Positions 38,047 through 52,289 of a stretch of DNA of 64,000 bases are shown in pieces. The notes under the pieces are model-generated. The model saw nothing but the letters and a program-made list of their open reading frames with translations, had not been told where the DNA came from and ran no database searches. Origin of the DNA: Octopus sinensis (lineage: Eukaryota); contig NC_042997.1 of NCBI RefSeq assembly GCF_006345805.1, positions 203,732,001 to 203,796,000 of the forward strand, written 5' to 3'. The stretch's first letter is position 1; every line of letters starts with the position of its first letter. The translations under genes were made by a program, and so were the position numbers.

Positions 38047-38600
38047 ATTGAGAGTGAGAGAGCAGCGCATGCCATCAGAGTGACACTGGAGTACAGATAT
38101 ACAAAGCTCAATATATCCATTATGACTGCTCGCCTGATATGGGCTCATCAGCACATGCATCACAACCATATGAGCGTGACATGGTGACCTAATATAATGA
38201 TAAACAGCGCAGGGCCTGCAGGTAGGACCCAGTTAGAGTGTCTTATGGTCGAGTAACCCATCCGCTCAAAAGTCCTCGAATAAAGCTTGTTTAAGGATTT
38301 TGAACGAAAACACCATGTTTCCACAGGGGAATTATTGAAACCCGGAAAGAATCCCTCTCAACACTTGTTATGATGCTTCCCCACTACTCCTGCCTACAAT
38401 CAAAAAGGCACATATTGTCAGCCATAAAGGGACATGCTCAAAGGTTATGGTCAAACAACTGACAAGCAATCAATGGTATTGAGCAGAATATTTGTGTGTA
38501 GCACATTTTTATGCTTAGAACAACGACACAAAACAATGCACAATAACATCCCAGCCAATTAAGATCAGAAGCCATGCGAGCACTACCTGGCACTGCATCA
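38047..38600 (-). mobile_element. About 550-bp non-coding retroelement ending in (TAA)n (copy 1)
   Basis: Same sequence at 39055-39606 and 41643-42195. A 3'-end stub lies on the + strand at about 37280-37310. Confidence 0.75.
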
Positions 38601-38639
38601 GGGTATTTTTATTATTATATTATTATTATTATTATTATT

Positions 38640-38950
38640 ATATTATTATTATTATTATTATTATATTATTATTACTTTTTTTTTCTTCTTTCAAATTTGC
38701 TTCCATTCTTGCCGAGTATCTCCCGACTCCTAGGGCAAAGAAACTCAAAGCATACATTGGTAGGCCATTAAACCAAACCCAATAGTTCGTTCTTTTTTTT
38801 TATTAATTTTTTTAAAAAGTTAAATTAAAATACATGAGCAGCACACAGTTCTCACATCGGACAATGCTCTTCTCAATACGTGTGATGTACCAGTTAAGAC
38901 AATCTTTTGCACTTCTTGCAGGGATGGTAAGCCAGGGATCATTCTCATAT
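38640..38950 (-). mobile_element. RLE LINE 3' end fragment (duplicated at 39665-39950)
   Basis: Near-identical to 24915-25205. Confidence 0.85.
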
Positions 38951-39007
38951 TAATTTTCGTTCTTATTCTCTTTCTTTTTCTTATTCTTCTTCTTCTTCTC
39001 TTCTTCT

Positions 39008-39048
<41 letters not shown>

Positions 39049-39054
39049 TATTAT

Positions 39055-39605
39055 TATTGAGTGAGAGAGCAGCGCATGCCATCAGAGTGACACTGGAGTA
39101 CAGATATACAAAGCTCAATATATCCATTATGACTGCTCGCCTGATATGGGTTCATCAGGCACATGCATCACAACCATATGAGCGTGACATGGTGACCTAA
39201 TATAATGATAAACAGCGCATGGCCTTGCAGGTAGGACCCAGTTAGAGTTGTCTTCTGGTCGAGTAACCCATCCCGCTCAAAAGTCCTCGAATAAAGCTTG
39301 TTTAAGGATTTTGAACGAAACACCCATGTTTCCACAGGGGAATTATTGAAACCCGAAAGAATCCCTCTCAACACATTGTTATGATGCTTCCCCACTACTC
39401 CTGCCTACAATCAAAAAGGCACATATTGTCAGCCATAAAGGGACATGCTCAACTGGTTATGGTCAAACAACTGACAAGCAATCAATGGTATTGAGCAGAA
39501 TATTTGCTGTAGCACATTTTTATGCTAGAACAAAACAATGCACATAACACTCCCAGCCAATTAAGATCAGAAGCCATGAGAGCCACTACCTGGCACTGCA
39601 TCAGG

Positions 39606-39666
<61 letters not shown>

Positions 39667-39950
39667 TTTTTTTTTCTTCTTTCAAATTTGCTTCCATTTC
39701 TTGCCGAGTATCTTCCCGACTCCTAGGGCAAAGAAACTTAAAGCATACATTGGTAGGCCATTAAACCAAACTCAATAGTTCGTTCTTTTTTTTTATTAAT
39801 TTTTTTAAAAAGTTAAATTAAAATACATGAGCAGCAACAGTTCTCACATCGACAATGCTCTTCTCAATACGTGTGATGTACCAGTTAAGACAATCTTTTG
39901 CACTTCTTGCAGGGATGGTAAGCCAGGGATCATTCTCATATAATTTTCGG
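39055..39950 (-). repeat. Second unit of an approximately 1-kb tandem duplication (550-bp element + (TTA)n + RLE 3' end)
   Basis: Aligns to 38047-38950 with mostly single-base differences. Confidence 0.85.
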
Positions 39951-39966
39951 TTCTCTTCTTCTTCTT

Positions 39967-39997
<31 letters not shown>

Positions 39998-40009
39998 TTA
40001 TTATTATTA

Positions 40010-41580
40010 TTGCCTTTGCACAGCTTCTAACGCTGGAGATGTATTACAGTGTCAGCTGTTCACTACCAGTGAACTAAGGTAACACCTCTTATTTTCCGAG
40101 TACCTTCCGGAGTATTCGAGTGGTTCCAAGCAGTACTGTTTTCTGCAAGTGCTCTACCCTTATTGCAGCCCCTATTTGTTCCACGTGCTTCTCAGGGTTT
40201 TTGCCCACTGTTCCCAGGGCTCCGACAATTATTTGTATTACTGCTACCTTTTTCATCGACCACAACTGCTTAACTTCCCAAGCTAACCTGTCATATCTCT
40301 CGACTTTTCTTTTTTCCTTATCGCATACCTTATTGTCAGCTGAGCATGCTATATAGTTTGTTTTCTTTCTCAATTAAGACTATGTCTGGCTTCCTATTCT
40401 CTATCTCATGGTCGCACTGAATCATAAAATCCCATAGGATCTTTGCATTTCCATTTTCGACAATGTCTTAAGGTTTGTGGTCGTACCTATTTTTTACTCT
40501 GTCAAGTCCATACTTGTTGCAAAGTGTCCAATGGACAAGCCTGGCTGTATTGTCGTGGTGTCTCTTATATTCCTTGGGCTAGTGGCGTACATTGGCTGGT
40601 AATATGCCATACGGTTTCACCGTTTTGTCCACAGATTCTGCACTTATCACTTTCTGCTGTGTTGTCTATTTTGTATTTTATGTAGTTTGTTCTTAGTGCC
40701 TGCTCTTGGGGAGCACAGATTAGTGCTTCCATTTCCGGTTTTAAATCACTTTTAGTCATCCACTGCCATCTTTTCTCTATCTGTCTTATCTTCAACATCC
40801 CTATGAAATTGACCATGCATTTTTTTCTTTACCCATCTATTTTCAGTTTCATTCGTTTTCAATTTCTTGTACAGTGCTTTGCAATATTTCATCCTACACA
40901 AGCGGTTCTGTGGAATTTTTTACATACCATGCTATGTTGTTTTCTTCTGCTCTAATGCTGTGTTCGCATCCAATAAGTCCTCTTCCCCTCTTTTACTTGG
41001 TACATACAGTCTGTCTGTGTCACTTTTTGGGTGGAGTATCCCATATCAAGTTAGCAACTTCCTTGTCTTTCTGCCTAAGCTGTTTAGTTAGTCTACTGTC
41101 CATGCGATTAAATCTGCTCCATATCTAAGGAGTGAAACCGCCCAGGTGTTGATAGCTGCAATCTTATTCCGTCACTTTAATTTCGACTTAAGGATCAATC
41201 TTAGTCTGCGCAAGTACTCCACCTTAAATTTTTCTATCATTTCTTTCTCCATTAATTTATCCATTTCCAAAATCCCCAAGTACTTATAGCCCGTCTCTTC
41301 TATCTGCTTCATAACCTCCCCCGACAGTATCGTTAGCCCGTCCGTACATTTGATTTTACCTCTCTTCAAGACTAACGCACCTAACTTTCCCAGGCCGAAC
41401 TCCATTCTGATATCAGCACTGAAGGTATACACCGTATCAACAAGGATACTGACTTGGGCTTCATTTTTACCATAAGGTTTGAGGTCATCTATGAATAACA
41501 AATGGTTGACTTTTTGTTGGCGGCTTTTGAATACATACCAAGCTTTTGCTTTCCTCAGAATCACTAACACTGATTCTGAG
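40010..41580 (-). mobile_element. R4/Dong-like RLE LINE (RT to RLE)
   Basis: VNHLLFIDDLK, MEFGLGK, GYKYLGILE, WQWMTKSDLKPEMEALICAPQEQALRTN, CRICGQNGETVWHITSQC, KVERYDRLAWEV. Microsatellites on both flanks. Confidence 0.9.
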
Positions 41581-41642
41581 GAAGTATTATTATTATTATT
41601 GTTGTTGTTGTTGTTGTTGTTATTATTATTATTATTATTATT

Positions 41643-42195
41643 ATTGAGTGAGAGAGCAGTGCATGCCATCTAAGTGACACTGGGGTACAAATATACGAAG
41701 CCCAGTATACCCATCAGGACTACCCATCTGATAAGGGTACACTAGGCACATGCATCACTATCATATGTGCGCGACGTGGTGATCTCATATCAAGATAAAC
41801 AGCACATGACCTTGCAGGTGGGGCCCAGTTAGAATTTTCTTCTGGTCGAGTAGCTCATCCCGCTCAAAAGGTCCCTGAATAAGGGTTGTTTAAGAATGTT
41901 GAACAATACACCCATGCTTCCAGAGGTGAATTATTCAAACCCCAAAGAATCTCTCTTAACACATGGCTATGATGCTCCTCCACTACTCCTGCTCATGATC
42001 AGGGATGCACATATCGTCAGCCACTAAGGGACATGCTCAACTGGTTATGGTCAAGCAACTGACAAGCAAATCCGTGGTATTGAGCAGAATATTTGCTGTA
42101 GCTCATCTTTTATACCAAGACAAAACAATGTACATGATAACACTTCCAATCAGTTAAGATCAGAAGCCACGGGAGCCACTGCCTGGAACTGCATC
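41643..42195 (-). mobile_element. About 550-bp non-coding retroelement (copy 3, more diverged)
   Basis: Same termini as the 38047 copy. Flanked by (TTA)n and (TCA)n. Confidence 0.75.
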
Positions 42196-42241
42196 ATCAT
42201 CATCGTCGTCGTCGTCGTCGTCATCATCATCATCATCATCA

Positions 42242-42273
<32 letters not shown>

Positions 42274-42331
42274 GAGCAGAATCATTAGCACGCTGGGCTA
42301 AATGCTTAGCGGAATTGTGTGTGTGTGTGTG

Positions 42332-42362
<31 letters not shown>

Positions 42363-43330
42363 TGAGTGTGTGTGCCTTTGTCTCTGCGTCTCCCACCACC
42401 ACCACCACCACCACACCGCTTGACAGCAGGTGTTAGTTTACTTCATCCCGTGACACTAGCGGTTCGGCAAAAGCGACAGATAGAATAATTTTACCTGATT
42501 AAAAAAATAAATAAATACTGGGGTCGCTTCATTCGGCTAAAATTCCTTAAGTCAATGCCCCAGCATGGCCGCATTCGAATGAACGAAGTGGCTAAACGAT
42601 AAAAGAATAACAGGATTTAGAGTATCCGATATAGTATTATTCATGTATTTATTTTACGAAGATTTAAAGCTAAAAATAACTGTTGAGTTTAGAAGAATTT
42701 GTCTCTGCCTAGAAAAGAAAGAAAGAAAGAAAGTAAGAAAGAAAGATAAAGGAACAAAAGGCCTCTAACGGTGCCAGCCTGAGATATCTCGAGAGGTTAG
42801 AATTGGGTAGGTAGAATAGGCAAGTGGTAGGAAACAGGAAGTAACATGTCAAGAGACATTTTATTGAGTCATACATTAGAGAAGGTAATATGTCTGCAGG
42901 AGTTAAAAGCTTTGCCTTTCATCCTTTCGGGGTCAATAAATTAAGTACCAGTTACGCACTGGGGATCGATGTTCTTGTTTGTCCCCTCTATGTTTAGCCC
43001 CTTGTGGGTAGTAAAGAAATAAGGAGTTAAAAGCAACACAACAGGTGCAACAGATTTTACTCATTATTTAAAAAGTACTGAGGAGTCTGTAAAATTAAAA
43101 GAAATAAGGCTACTTTTTGTTTTGCGCGAATTCTTCATTAATAGATGGGGGATGTCGAAGGGGGATTCATCATTCTGGCAAATTCAGTATCGATAAAAAT
43201 TCCTATTAGCGTAGAATAAAACTTCCTTCTGTGACAGCTGGAAAATAGAGGGTTTCTTTCGCGGAAAGATAACAACTTTAAAGAATTTTTAAGGCGCTTT
43301 TTTTATATCGTTCATCGATATACGTCAGCG

Positions 43331-43369
<39 letters not shown>

Positions 43370-43719
43370 CATACAGACACACGCACATACACACATACAT
43401 GGTGATTGTCACTTCTTTTACAGAAGTCCATCTCTACAATTAGTAAATGCCGTCATGATGTCTCCCGTGACTAGGAAGTCTGGCTTTCAACAAACAGACC
43501 CTAACTGCAAATATTACAAACATTTTGTTGGCAGAAAAGTGTCTTGGATTGAACTCAGATCCCGTTTTACAAAGTGATTGTTTCAAGATGGATTGTTTGA
43601 TTCCCTGTGTTTTAAATGCTTTACAACCAAGGTCGATCGCTTTTTCCCAAACCGATCAATTTTCTATCATCTGCTCAGAGTGTTCAATATTCACACTAAG
43701 AGCATTAAGGTTGCTTTTG

Positions 43720-44829
43720 AAAACAATGTATAAAAATGAAGATAAAATATTCTCTAATAAAAACTCTATTTTTTAAAATATAAAACAACTAAAACATTTT
43801 ATAGTAAAATAAACGCCAGCCTTAATATAGATCAAAATCGAAGAATACTTACTTCTTCTGAAAACTGGTATAAACATCAAGATTATGATAATAATTATAA
43901 ATAAAAAAATATTTTGTGGTTAATTATTCCATTTGGTAAGCAAGTAAATTATCATTTTGAAAAATTGTTCAATATAGCAATAAAAAATATTTCCCTATGA
44001 ATAATAGATATTAAAGAATTTTTAATAAACATAAGATCCGTATGGCTTATTCTAACAATAAAAACATTGCACGAATGATAGCAACACATAACGTAAAAAT
44101 AATATCGAAATTTCAAAAAAGCTATTCTAATCAGAGTAGTGTAGTAAATATTCACAAAAATAATGGTAAACGGAAAAAAAAAACTCATAAAAGAAAGCGC
44201 AAAGAATTTAAAAGTTACCGAAAGAGAAACAACCCATTTTGACATAGTTAATAACATACAACCGAATAAAAATTTCAGCTGGAAATAGAACAAAGATAAC
44301 GTTATATGAAAGAGAAAATAGTAATAAAGAATTTGGTAGAAATGAATTTGATTTTACCATAACTGATAAAATTGATACTAAATCTGAGAGAAATAGAAGA
44401 AAAATTATCTTTGCAATTGTTATAAACGGGACTCCTGTTATGTGAAAAATAAATGCAAGACAAAAAAATGTAATATATAGTTGTAAAGTTACATCTGAGG
44501 GAAATGAATACTTTTACATCGGTGCGACTGCGCTAATTTTCAAGAGACTGGCTAATCACTTAAGTTCATTTAGAAATAAAAATAAAAGATTCCAAACAAG
44601 TCTAAGTTAATTAATCTGGTCTATTAAAGGCGGAAACAAATATTATACTGTCAATTGGGAATTAATTAATACTGCAAAAGTACACAGACCTAGAACTAAT
44701 AAATGTGATTTCAGTTTAGAAAAATTTTACCAAATTTTTACATCTAAGGGTAATATAATGAATTCTAGACATGAACAAGCTTTAAGATGCTTGCACATGA
44801 GAAAATTTACTTTTGCTCAGTATAAATGA
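43720..44829 (+). mobile_element. AT-rich Penelope-like element 3' half (probably Naiad type): RT thumb/linker + GIY-YIG
   Basis: KNILWLIIPFGK..RIFNKHKIRMAYSNNKNIARMIATHN; CNCYKRDSCYVKNKC (CxC-x5-C-x5-C, 44412-44456); NVIYSC..YFYIGAT..RLANHLSSFRN; RCLHMRKF. Confidence 0.8.
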
Positions 44830-46028
44830 GTATGTATACATATTGGAATGTCTTTGATGATAGGTTTGCTTGCGTGTAACTTGTGTAACTTTTGCGGGGG
44901 TAAAATACAAATCTTATTCACTTAATCTTTTCCCATCATGCCTGTATTAATTTAGTGATACTTCTGTGGCTTCGGAGCTTTTTGACTCCTATCTTTAGCG
45001 AAGCAGGTGCTTATTAGTACCCAGTTATATATTAATATATTTAATATTTTATATATATTTATTAATTTTGCCTATACGGTTCTTACGCTTGCGGCCACTA
45101 AAGTTATTATTTTTTAATAAATAAAAATGTTTATATATATATATATTGAATAGCGGTTATGTGCATCCGGCCATTTGAGGCTGGCGGGTTGCCTTTACAG
45201 CTAAGCACTTTATAGGTGCAAAATCAATGGTCACTGTCTGGCCGGACATAACAAACAACCTTCTAAATATGTATATATATATATGTTTCAAATTTTGGCC
45301 CAATGTCAGTAATTTCAGGGGATCATTCAACTGGTACTTATTTAATGCACCCAGAAAGGATGGACTGCAAAGTCAGCCTCGGCGGAATTTGAACTTATAT
45401 ATATATATAGGAATAAATAAGTTCAAAAAAGAACAATTCAAACTTTTTGAGAGGTCCAAAAAGAGAGAAAGAATGATTTTTAATAAAGATTCATCATATT
45501 CATACAAACAGTGAGAGAAAAGTAATAAGTATATGAAAACAGTAGTTGAAAAACATGAAAAAAGTTGTTGAAAAATATCGTTAAAAGTATAAATATACCA
45601 TAAACAACTATAGAAAAATGGAGGGGAAAAAGATGTTGAAACAAAATGTCTGTCTTTTTTTCTCTTTCGTCTCTCTCACTATTATTATTATTGCTATTTT
45701 TTCCCTTTTACAGCTTGCTTGTAAATATCCGAGTTTTCCCTATTACTCCATTTGTATTCTCCTTTATTGTATCTTATTTTACTTTACATTATTTCATTAA
45801 ACCTTTTTTGAAGCCCTTCCAAAAGTTCTTCACACTGATGAGAATGACAATGCCTAAATTTAATTATAATTATATTTTTTTCTCACATATTTGTGTTGTC
45901 CTTTGAAACGCGCGCGTGTATTGAATGCTATTTTGTATTAAATCTAATTTTGCTTCAACATCTTTTCTCCTCCATATTCTATAGTTGTTTATGGTATACT
46001 TATACCTATAACGATATTTTCAAGTATA

Positions 46029-46069
<41 letters not shown>

Positions 46070-46167
46070 TATGTATATACTATATATATAGTATATACAC
46101 ATATATATACACGATATATTAGTATATATATATATATATATGTTATATATATACATAATAATATATA

Positions 46168-46214
<47 letters not shown>

Positions 46215-46289
46215 TGTATATATAGTATATATATATATACTGTATATATAGTATATATACTATATATATAGTATATATATAGTATAGAT

Positions 46290-49200
46290 ATATGGATTAA
46301 CTGTTGGAGTGGACGGACGTCTATTTGTTTCTCTCCCAAGTCAGTAGCAAGCTACACAGCTTCAAAACTAACTGACCTTAAATATATATATATTTGTAAC
46401 CACGTGTTTGCCTACAAACCCGTAAGTACGTTTTCATTTAACTACAAATTGTTATATAACCCATGTTTTTCTTTTAATATCCTCAAACAACCAAATAATC
46501 AAAAACTCACACCTTAAGAGAGAACATTTAATATATATATACACTTCTTTAACTCCCAAGAAAGAATATATATATTTTCAAAAATCCAAAGAAAACAAAC
46601 AAAAGAAAACAAAACATGACTAACTTGCAGGCCTGCAACAGACGAAATTGGTCTGATAACGAAATTGATGTTTTAATAAACACATGGCTCTCTCTTTCCC
46701 AACAGAAAATCTAAATGTCTTGTGTTTGAATGAGATTGCCGAAAAAACATCACAAGTGGTCAACACACGATCCGTCAAACAGATTCGTAGCAAGTTGAAA
46801 CATATCGAAGTATCTTTCAAACTGATAAGAGGCCATTATGAAAAGCTTCTACATATTTTCACAGTTCAAGAACAACAACAGCTAGAAAATCAGCAGCCAC
46901 AACAACAACAACAGAATGAGCCACTCCTGGTTCCCAGCACAATGGCTGACCCTGACATCGGTCAGGCACAACAACAACAGCCACAGCAACAAGAACAACA
47001 ACAGCCACTCCTCAACTCTAGCTTACTAGACGATTCACTAAATGCCAGTATCTTTTCACCGCTCTCACAGCAACCACCACAATTATCATCATCATCATCA
47101 CCACCGCTGCCACCATCGTCTTCTATCACCAAAAATACCAACAGAAAACCAAATAAGAAACCACTGCCCTCTTCCCCCACATCACCACCTCAATACTACT
47201 GCAGTAACAAAAACTTAAAGATACATAGGAAGCAGAATGCGCCCCCCACGGCTCAAACAAGAAATCCCCAATATGCCGCTATTCACTGCGCCAGAGACTC
47301 TGCACAAATAGTGACTGCATCTTCACGCATCTACCCGGCACTAGACGCACTACCGGCAAGGCCAAAGCACGCATCCCACAATAACATCAACACCATCAAA
47401 TAGTAAATCGAAATTCAAAACACACACAACTTGGAGTCCCAAATCTGCGGTATTCCCAACGTGAGAGAACATGTCTACTGAGTGACTGTCCCTTCACTCA
47501 TCTTCCAGGGACCCGACGCACAAACAGAACGGGGCCTCAAGCCAACACACAAACCTGAATACAATAAAAATAGAAACACACCATGCTGCAGTAATGCTGG
47601 TCCAGTCTTTTCAGGAAGACACAAAAACAACAACAACAAAAGTGGAAACTACAACCCTATCCAACAGTGCAACCACACCTCCAGCCAAAAACTGCTCCCT
47701 AAGCAGGAAAATTCTTTTTTAGCCATGTTGACATGGCAAAAGATACACAAAAACATTCTAGCCATCACTCAACACCATCCTATGCTATTACCCCAGTGCA
47801 CCAATTCCCCACATTGCTGCCACTAACACACACACAAAATCCAAGCCCCCTGCAACAGTCAAAACCAGCCACTACACTAACCTCCACATTCCTACTCAAT
47901 GCACAAGGTGTCAGCCCTTCCATCAATGCACAAAATGGAAGGTCCAATTCATTGAAGACTGGGTTGGTAACCATTCACACCACATCCCTTTCTTCATTCT
48001 CACTGAGACCCACCTTGACAACTCCCACTTGGAAGCCGAAGTGAGAGTGAAGAATTTCACAACCATCCGCGCGGATCGTATCGGCAGGAGGAAGGGTGGA
48101 CTGCCATTTTCCTGCATGATGATCATTTACGGCAGATGGAAATAGTATATTCTCCAACGGCTACTGTGAATCAGTCACCGTGCACAACAAAGCCAATGAC
48201 CTGACAGTAATTGGGCTCTATAGGCCGCCCCAAACACCCATACTGTGCTTTAAAGAATGCCTCAACAGCATTAAGTGCTTTATTCAACAGTGCCATTCTA
48301 GCAACATACTCATGATGGGAGACTTCAATCTACCCTGTGTTGACTGGACTACAAACTGTTTGAAACCAAGCACTCCCGCCTCAACCGCTGACAAAGAAGC
48401 AGCAGAGTCACTTTTCGACTTTACGAATGAGTTTTTCTTGTCCCAACTTGTCCTTGCACCAACAAGACATCAGAACATTTTGGACCTAGTTTTAGTAACC
48501 ACACTAACACTATACATAACGTTACAGTGGAAAAAACCCTTCTTTCAGACCATGACATGGTTCTCTGTAACATGAAATTCCACCAGCCGAAAGCTAATCC
48601 TAGTGACCTTCCTCCAGCCCACCCATTTGACAACATGGATCTCCATAAAGCCAACTGGGATGCAATCAGGAACGAGCTATCAAATGTTGACTGGTCCTTT
48701 ACACATACACACATCTCCACCAACCATAAAACATCTTGGCAGATCTTTGTAGACACCGTCACAGACATATGTGCAAAACACTCCCCACCAAGACCTGTGA
48801 ACAAAAAGTGCAGAATCCCCCAAAACAGAAAAACCATTATCAGAAAAATAAAAGAACAAACAAAAAAATTAACAAACTAAGTACTGCCAACAGCAACACA
48901 CACATTCGACGGCTATCGCACTGCTTGAATCCAAAAAATATAACCTCCAACATGCATGAAGACCTCATCAATAACCAAAGATCAGCTGAGGAGAAGTGGG
49001 CCATTGAAAAATCAAACTCAACCCCAAAGTGTTCTTTTCATTTGCGAGGAACGCAGGGTCACTGTCTCCACTGTAGGCCCTCTAATTGACGAAACTGGCA
49101 CTCTCCAAGATAATGCCAAATCCATGGCGAGATACTGCAGAAACAATACTGCTCTGTTTTCAGCAATCCTGATATGGCCGATCTGGGCTGTATCAGTGAT

Positions 49201-50900
49201 GTCAACCCCCAACACACTATATCGGACATAACGTTTAGTGCCCTGATGTCTTAGCGGCGATAAACGAAATAAAACACAATTCAGCAGTAGGCCCCGATAG
49301 GTTCCCTGCTTGTGTCCTGAAGGTGTGTGTCGACACCAACTTGCATCTCCCCTTGCTAATCTGTGGAGAAACTCACTGGATGCTGGCTATATTCCAAAAA
49401 ACCTTCTGTCCCAGTCTGTTGTCCAGTTTTCAAAAAGGGAAACAAGTCCCTTGCAGTGAATTACCGTCCGATCTCACTCACCTCTCATATCATCAAGGTA
49501 TTTGAGAGGGTGGTGAGATCTCGAATACCCCATTTCTGGAAAGCAACAGACGGCTGATCTCCAACCAACATGGGTTCCGTAATGGAAGGGACTGCCTAAC
49601 GCAGCTCCTGCATCACTTTGAGGACATTTTGAGAGCTTTGGGAGAGGGCTCCAACACCGATGTCATCTACCTTGATTTCAGTAAGGCCTTCGACAGGGTC
49701 GATCACAAGATCCTATTGAAAAAACTATCCAACATTGGTGTCTCTGGAAAGTTACTGAAATGGATTAAGTGTTTCCTGACAGACAGATCTCAACATGTTG
49801 TAGTTGAAGGGGTAAAATCAAGCCCAGCCAAAGTCAGTAGTGGCGTTCCGCAAGGCACTGTGCTGGGCCCACTTCTTTCATCATTTACATTAATGACATT
49901 AATGACATCATCAAGCACAGCAACATAAAAATCTTTGCAGATGACTCCAAGCTACAGAAGGTCATAAATGAGGCGAGTGACCGGACATGCCTTCAGTCAG
50001 ATCTACTGGCTGTTATCCAATGGGCAGAAAAAAACATATGCTGCTGAACGAGGATAAATTTGAGCTAATCCACTTTGGAAAAGAGGATGCCCTGAAACTC
50101 CCATACTTCCTTCCTTCAGGTGAAACTCTCGCGGCGTCCAACAACACCAGAGACTTGGGAGTAATTGTGGACAACAACGTAAGCTGGGCCACTCATATAA
50201 ACACCAAGTTGACATGGCCCGCAGAATGTGTTCCTGGATTCTCAGAACTTTCCAGTCGAGAGATATCCACACCATTATCCTTCTCTTCTCTCACTTTTGC
50301 CCGACCCCACCTTGAATACTGTTGTCCACTGTGGTCTCCCCACACAATACAAGGTATCATAAAAGTTGAAGCACCTCAAAGGGCAATCACAAAAAAGATA
50401 GATGGCATGACAGGCCTCGACTATTGGGGTCGACTAGAAAAGCTAAAACTCTATTCTCTCCAACGTCGTCGTGAGCGCTACATCATCTGCATGATGTGGA
50501 AAATATTCCATCAGCATTGCCCAAATGATGTTGGCATCACCTTTAAGGTACATCCAAGGCTTGGGCCCCGTGCCATCCGCCCAAAACAAAAATCGCACTC
50601 TCATCTCATAGCAACAATACGGCACAATTATTTCACCTCAATGGGCCCCGCTCTCTTTAACATTACACCAAAACACATTAAAACAGAAACTGACCCTATG
50701 GGGTTCAAGAAGTCTTTGGACAGATTCCTTCAAGAAATCCCGGATAAACCCCCTACACCCGGATATGTCTCTGTAAACAATAACTCTCTACTTGAGTGGG
50801 CCATAGTGCCCAAATTCTGACTTGAAAGACTTCACCAGGTGGTGCTATTAAGTTAGACATGGCCTGGGCCAATAATGGCCGAAACCTATCAAAGTAAGTA
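46290..50900 (+). mobile_element. Near full-length CR1-clade LINE (ORF1 with Gln-rich region and CCCH-like finger; ORF2 APE + RT)
   Basis: APE: LLNAQG, IGLYRPP, MMGDFNLP, NILDLVL, SDHDMV. RT: YRPISLTS, QHGFR, YLDFSKAFDRVDH, SGVPQGTVLGP, IFADDSK, RPHLEYCCPLWSP, LYSLQRRRERY. Many frameshifts. (TA)-rich arrays on both flanks. Confidence 0.9.
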
Positions 50901-51179
50901 TAGTATATGTATATATATATATTTATATATATATATATATACTATAAATATACTATATATATAAATATGCCTATATATATGTACTAAATATATATTATAT
51001 ATATACTATATTATATACATTATATATATATATACTATATATATAATATATACTATATATATATATATATGCTTACATTATATATATATATAGGTTATGT
51101 ATATATATAAGTTATATATAAGTTATATGTATATGTATATATGTAAGTTATATAGAGGTAATGGTGTTAGTAAGACCCA

Positions 51180-51920
51180 AACTTGTGCCCATCCCCTTAG
51201 CTTCCCCTTTCCTTTCTCTTTGACAGCTTAAATAGCAGTAACTGATTAAATTTCTACCTCCTTCCTCCTCTTTCTGTGATTCTTGATAAATTCATTAACA
51301 ACCTGAACCGCTACAATATAAGACTGTCATTTTGCTTCTCATTCGCATTCCCTGATATTTTTCGCATGATTGTACCCTGAATCTCTTCACAAAACTGGAT
51401 TATGAACTATAAGGACATACACATATTTTGTAAGTTCAAAACTTTTTCATCGGATCTCCAAAAAATCGAACTTATCTGCGATTCTTGTAAATTTCAATAA
51501 CAATCTGTTCCTCTACACGATATGACAGTCACTTTGCTTTTACTCAGACTTTCCTCTACATGATATGGCAGTCACTTTGCCTCTTACTCAGATTTTCAGA
51601 AATTTTGCATGACTGCATCCGAAAATTTCTTCACACAACTTAATCAAATATTCAATATGAGCTATATGTAGACATGCATAAATTCTATAGGTTTAAAACC
51701 TTTCATCGGATCTCCATGAATCGAACTTTCTTCAATGCAGTTAATCTTACAACCTTTTTTGTATCTACCCCTTTTGATGTTTGGAAATTCTCTGATGTTT
51801 TTTCGGCTGACGAGTACGAGCCATCTGTATTCACTGCATTTTTTGTAGCTTATTAAAGATGTCCTCGTACGAAACGATCGTACCGAGATTTTAATCCATT
51901 CTTGTTGCTTTTTTCCTATT
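51180..51920 (+). mobile_element. Probable decayed PLE 3' region with hammerhead remnant
   Basis: Internally repeated TTTCATCGGATCTCCA..AATCGAACTT unit. GAAAC-GATC-GTA palindromic stem III at about 51871-51882. Confidence 0.4.
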
Positions 51921-52250
51921 TGTATATATATATATACTATGTATATATATTTATTATATATACTATATATATACATTATATATATACTGTATATATAGTA
52001 TATATACTATATATAGTATATGTATATATATATATATATATATATACTATAAATATACTATATATATACATATGCCTATATATATGTACTAAATATATAT
52101 TATATATATACTATATATATATACATTATATATATATACTATATATATATATATATAATATATACTATATATATATAAATATATTATATATATATATGCT
52201 TACATATATATATATATATATGCTTACATTATATATAATATATATATAGG

Positions 52251-52289
<39 letters not shown>

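Noticed and set aside
43518-43776. Cys-containing ORF after an AG in the right phase for stabilin exon 2 (EKCLG...)
   Set aside because: Cys spacing is not EGF-like, no donor is evident, and the 3' part runs into the Penelope-like element.
44412-44456. Selenoprotein-type Naiad PLE
   Set aside because: All four motif cysteines are TGC/TGT, with no in-frame TGA at those positions.
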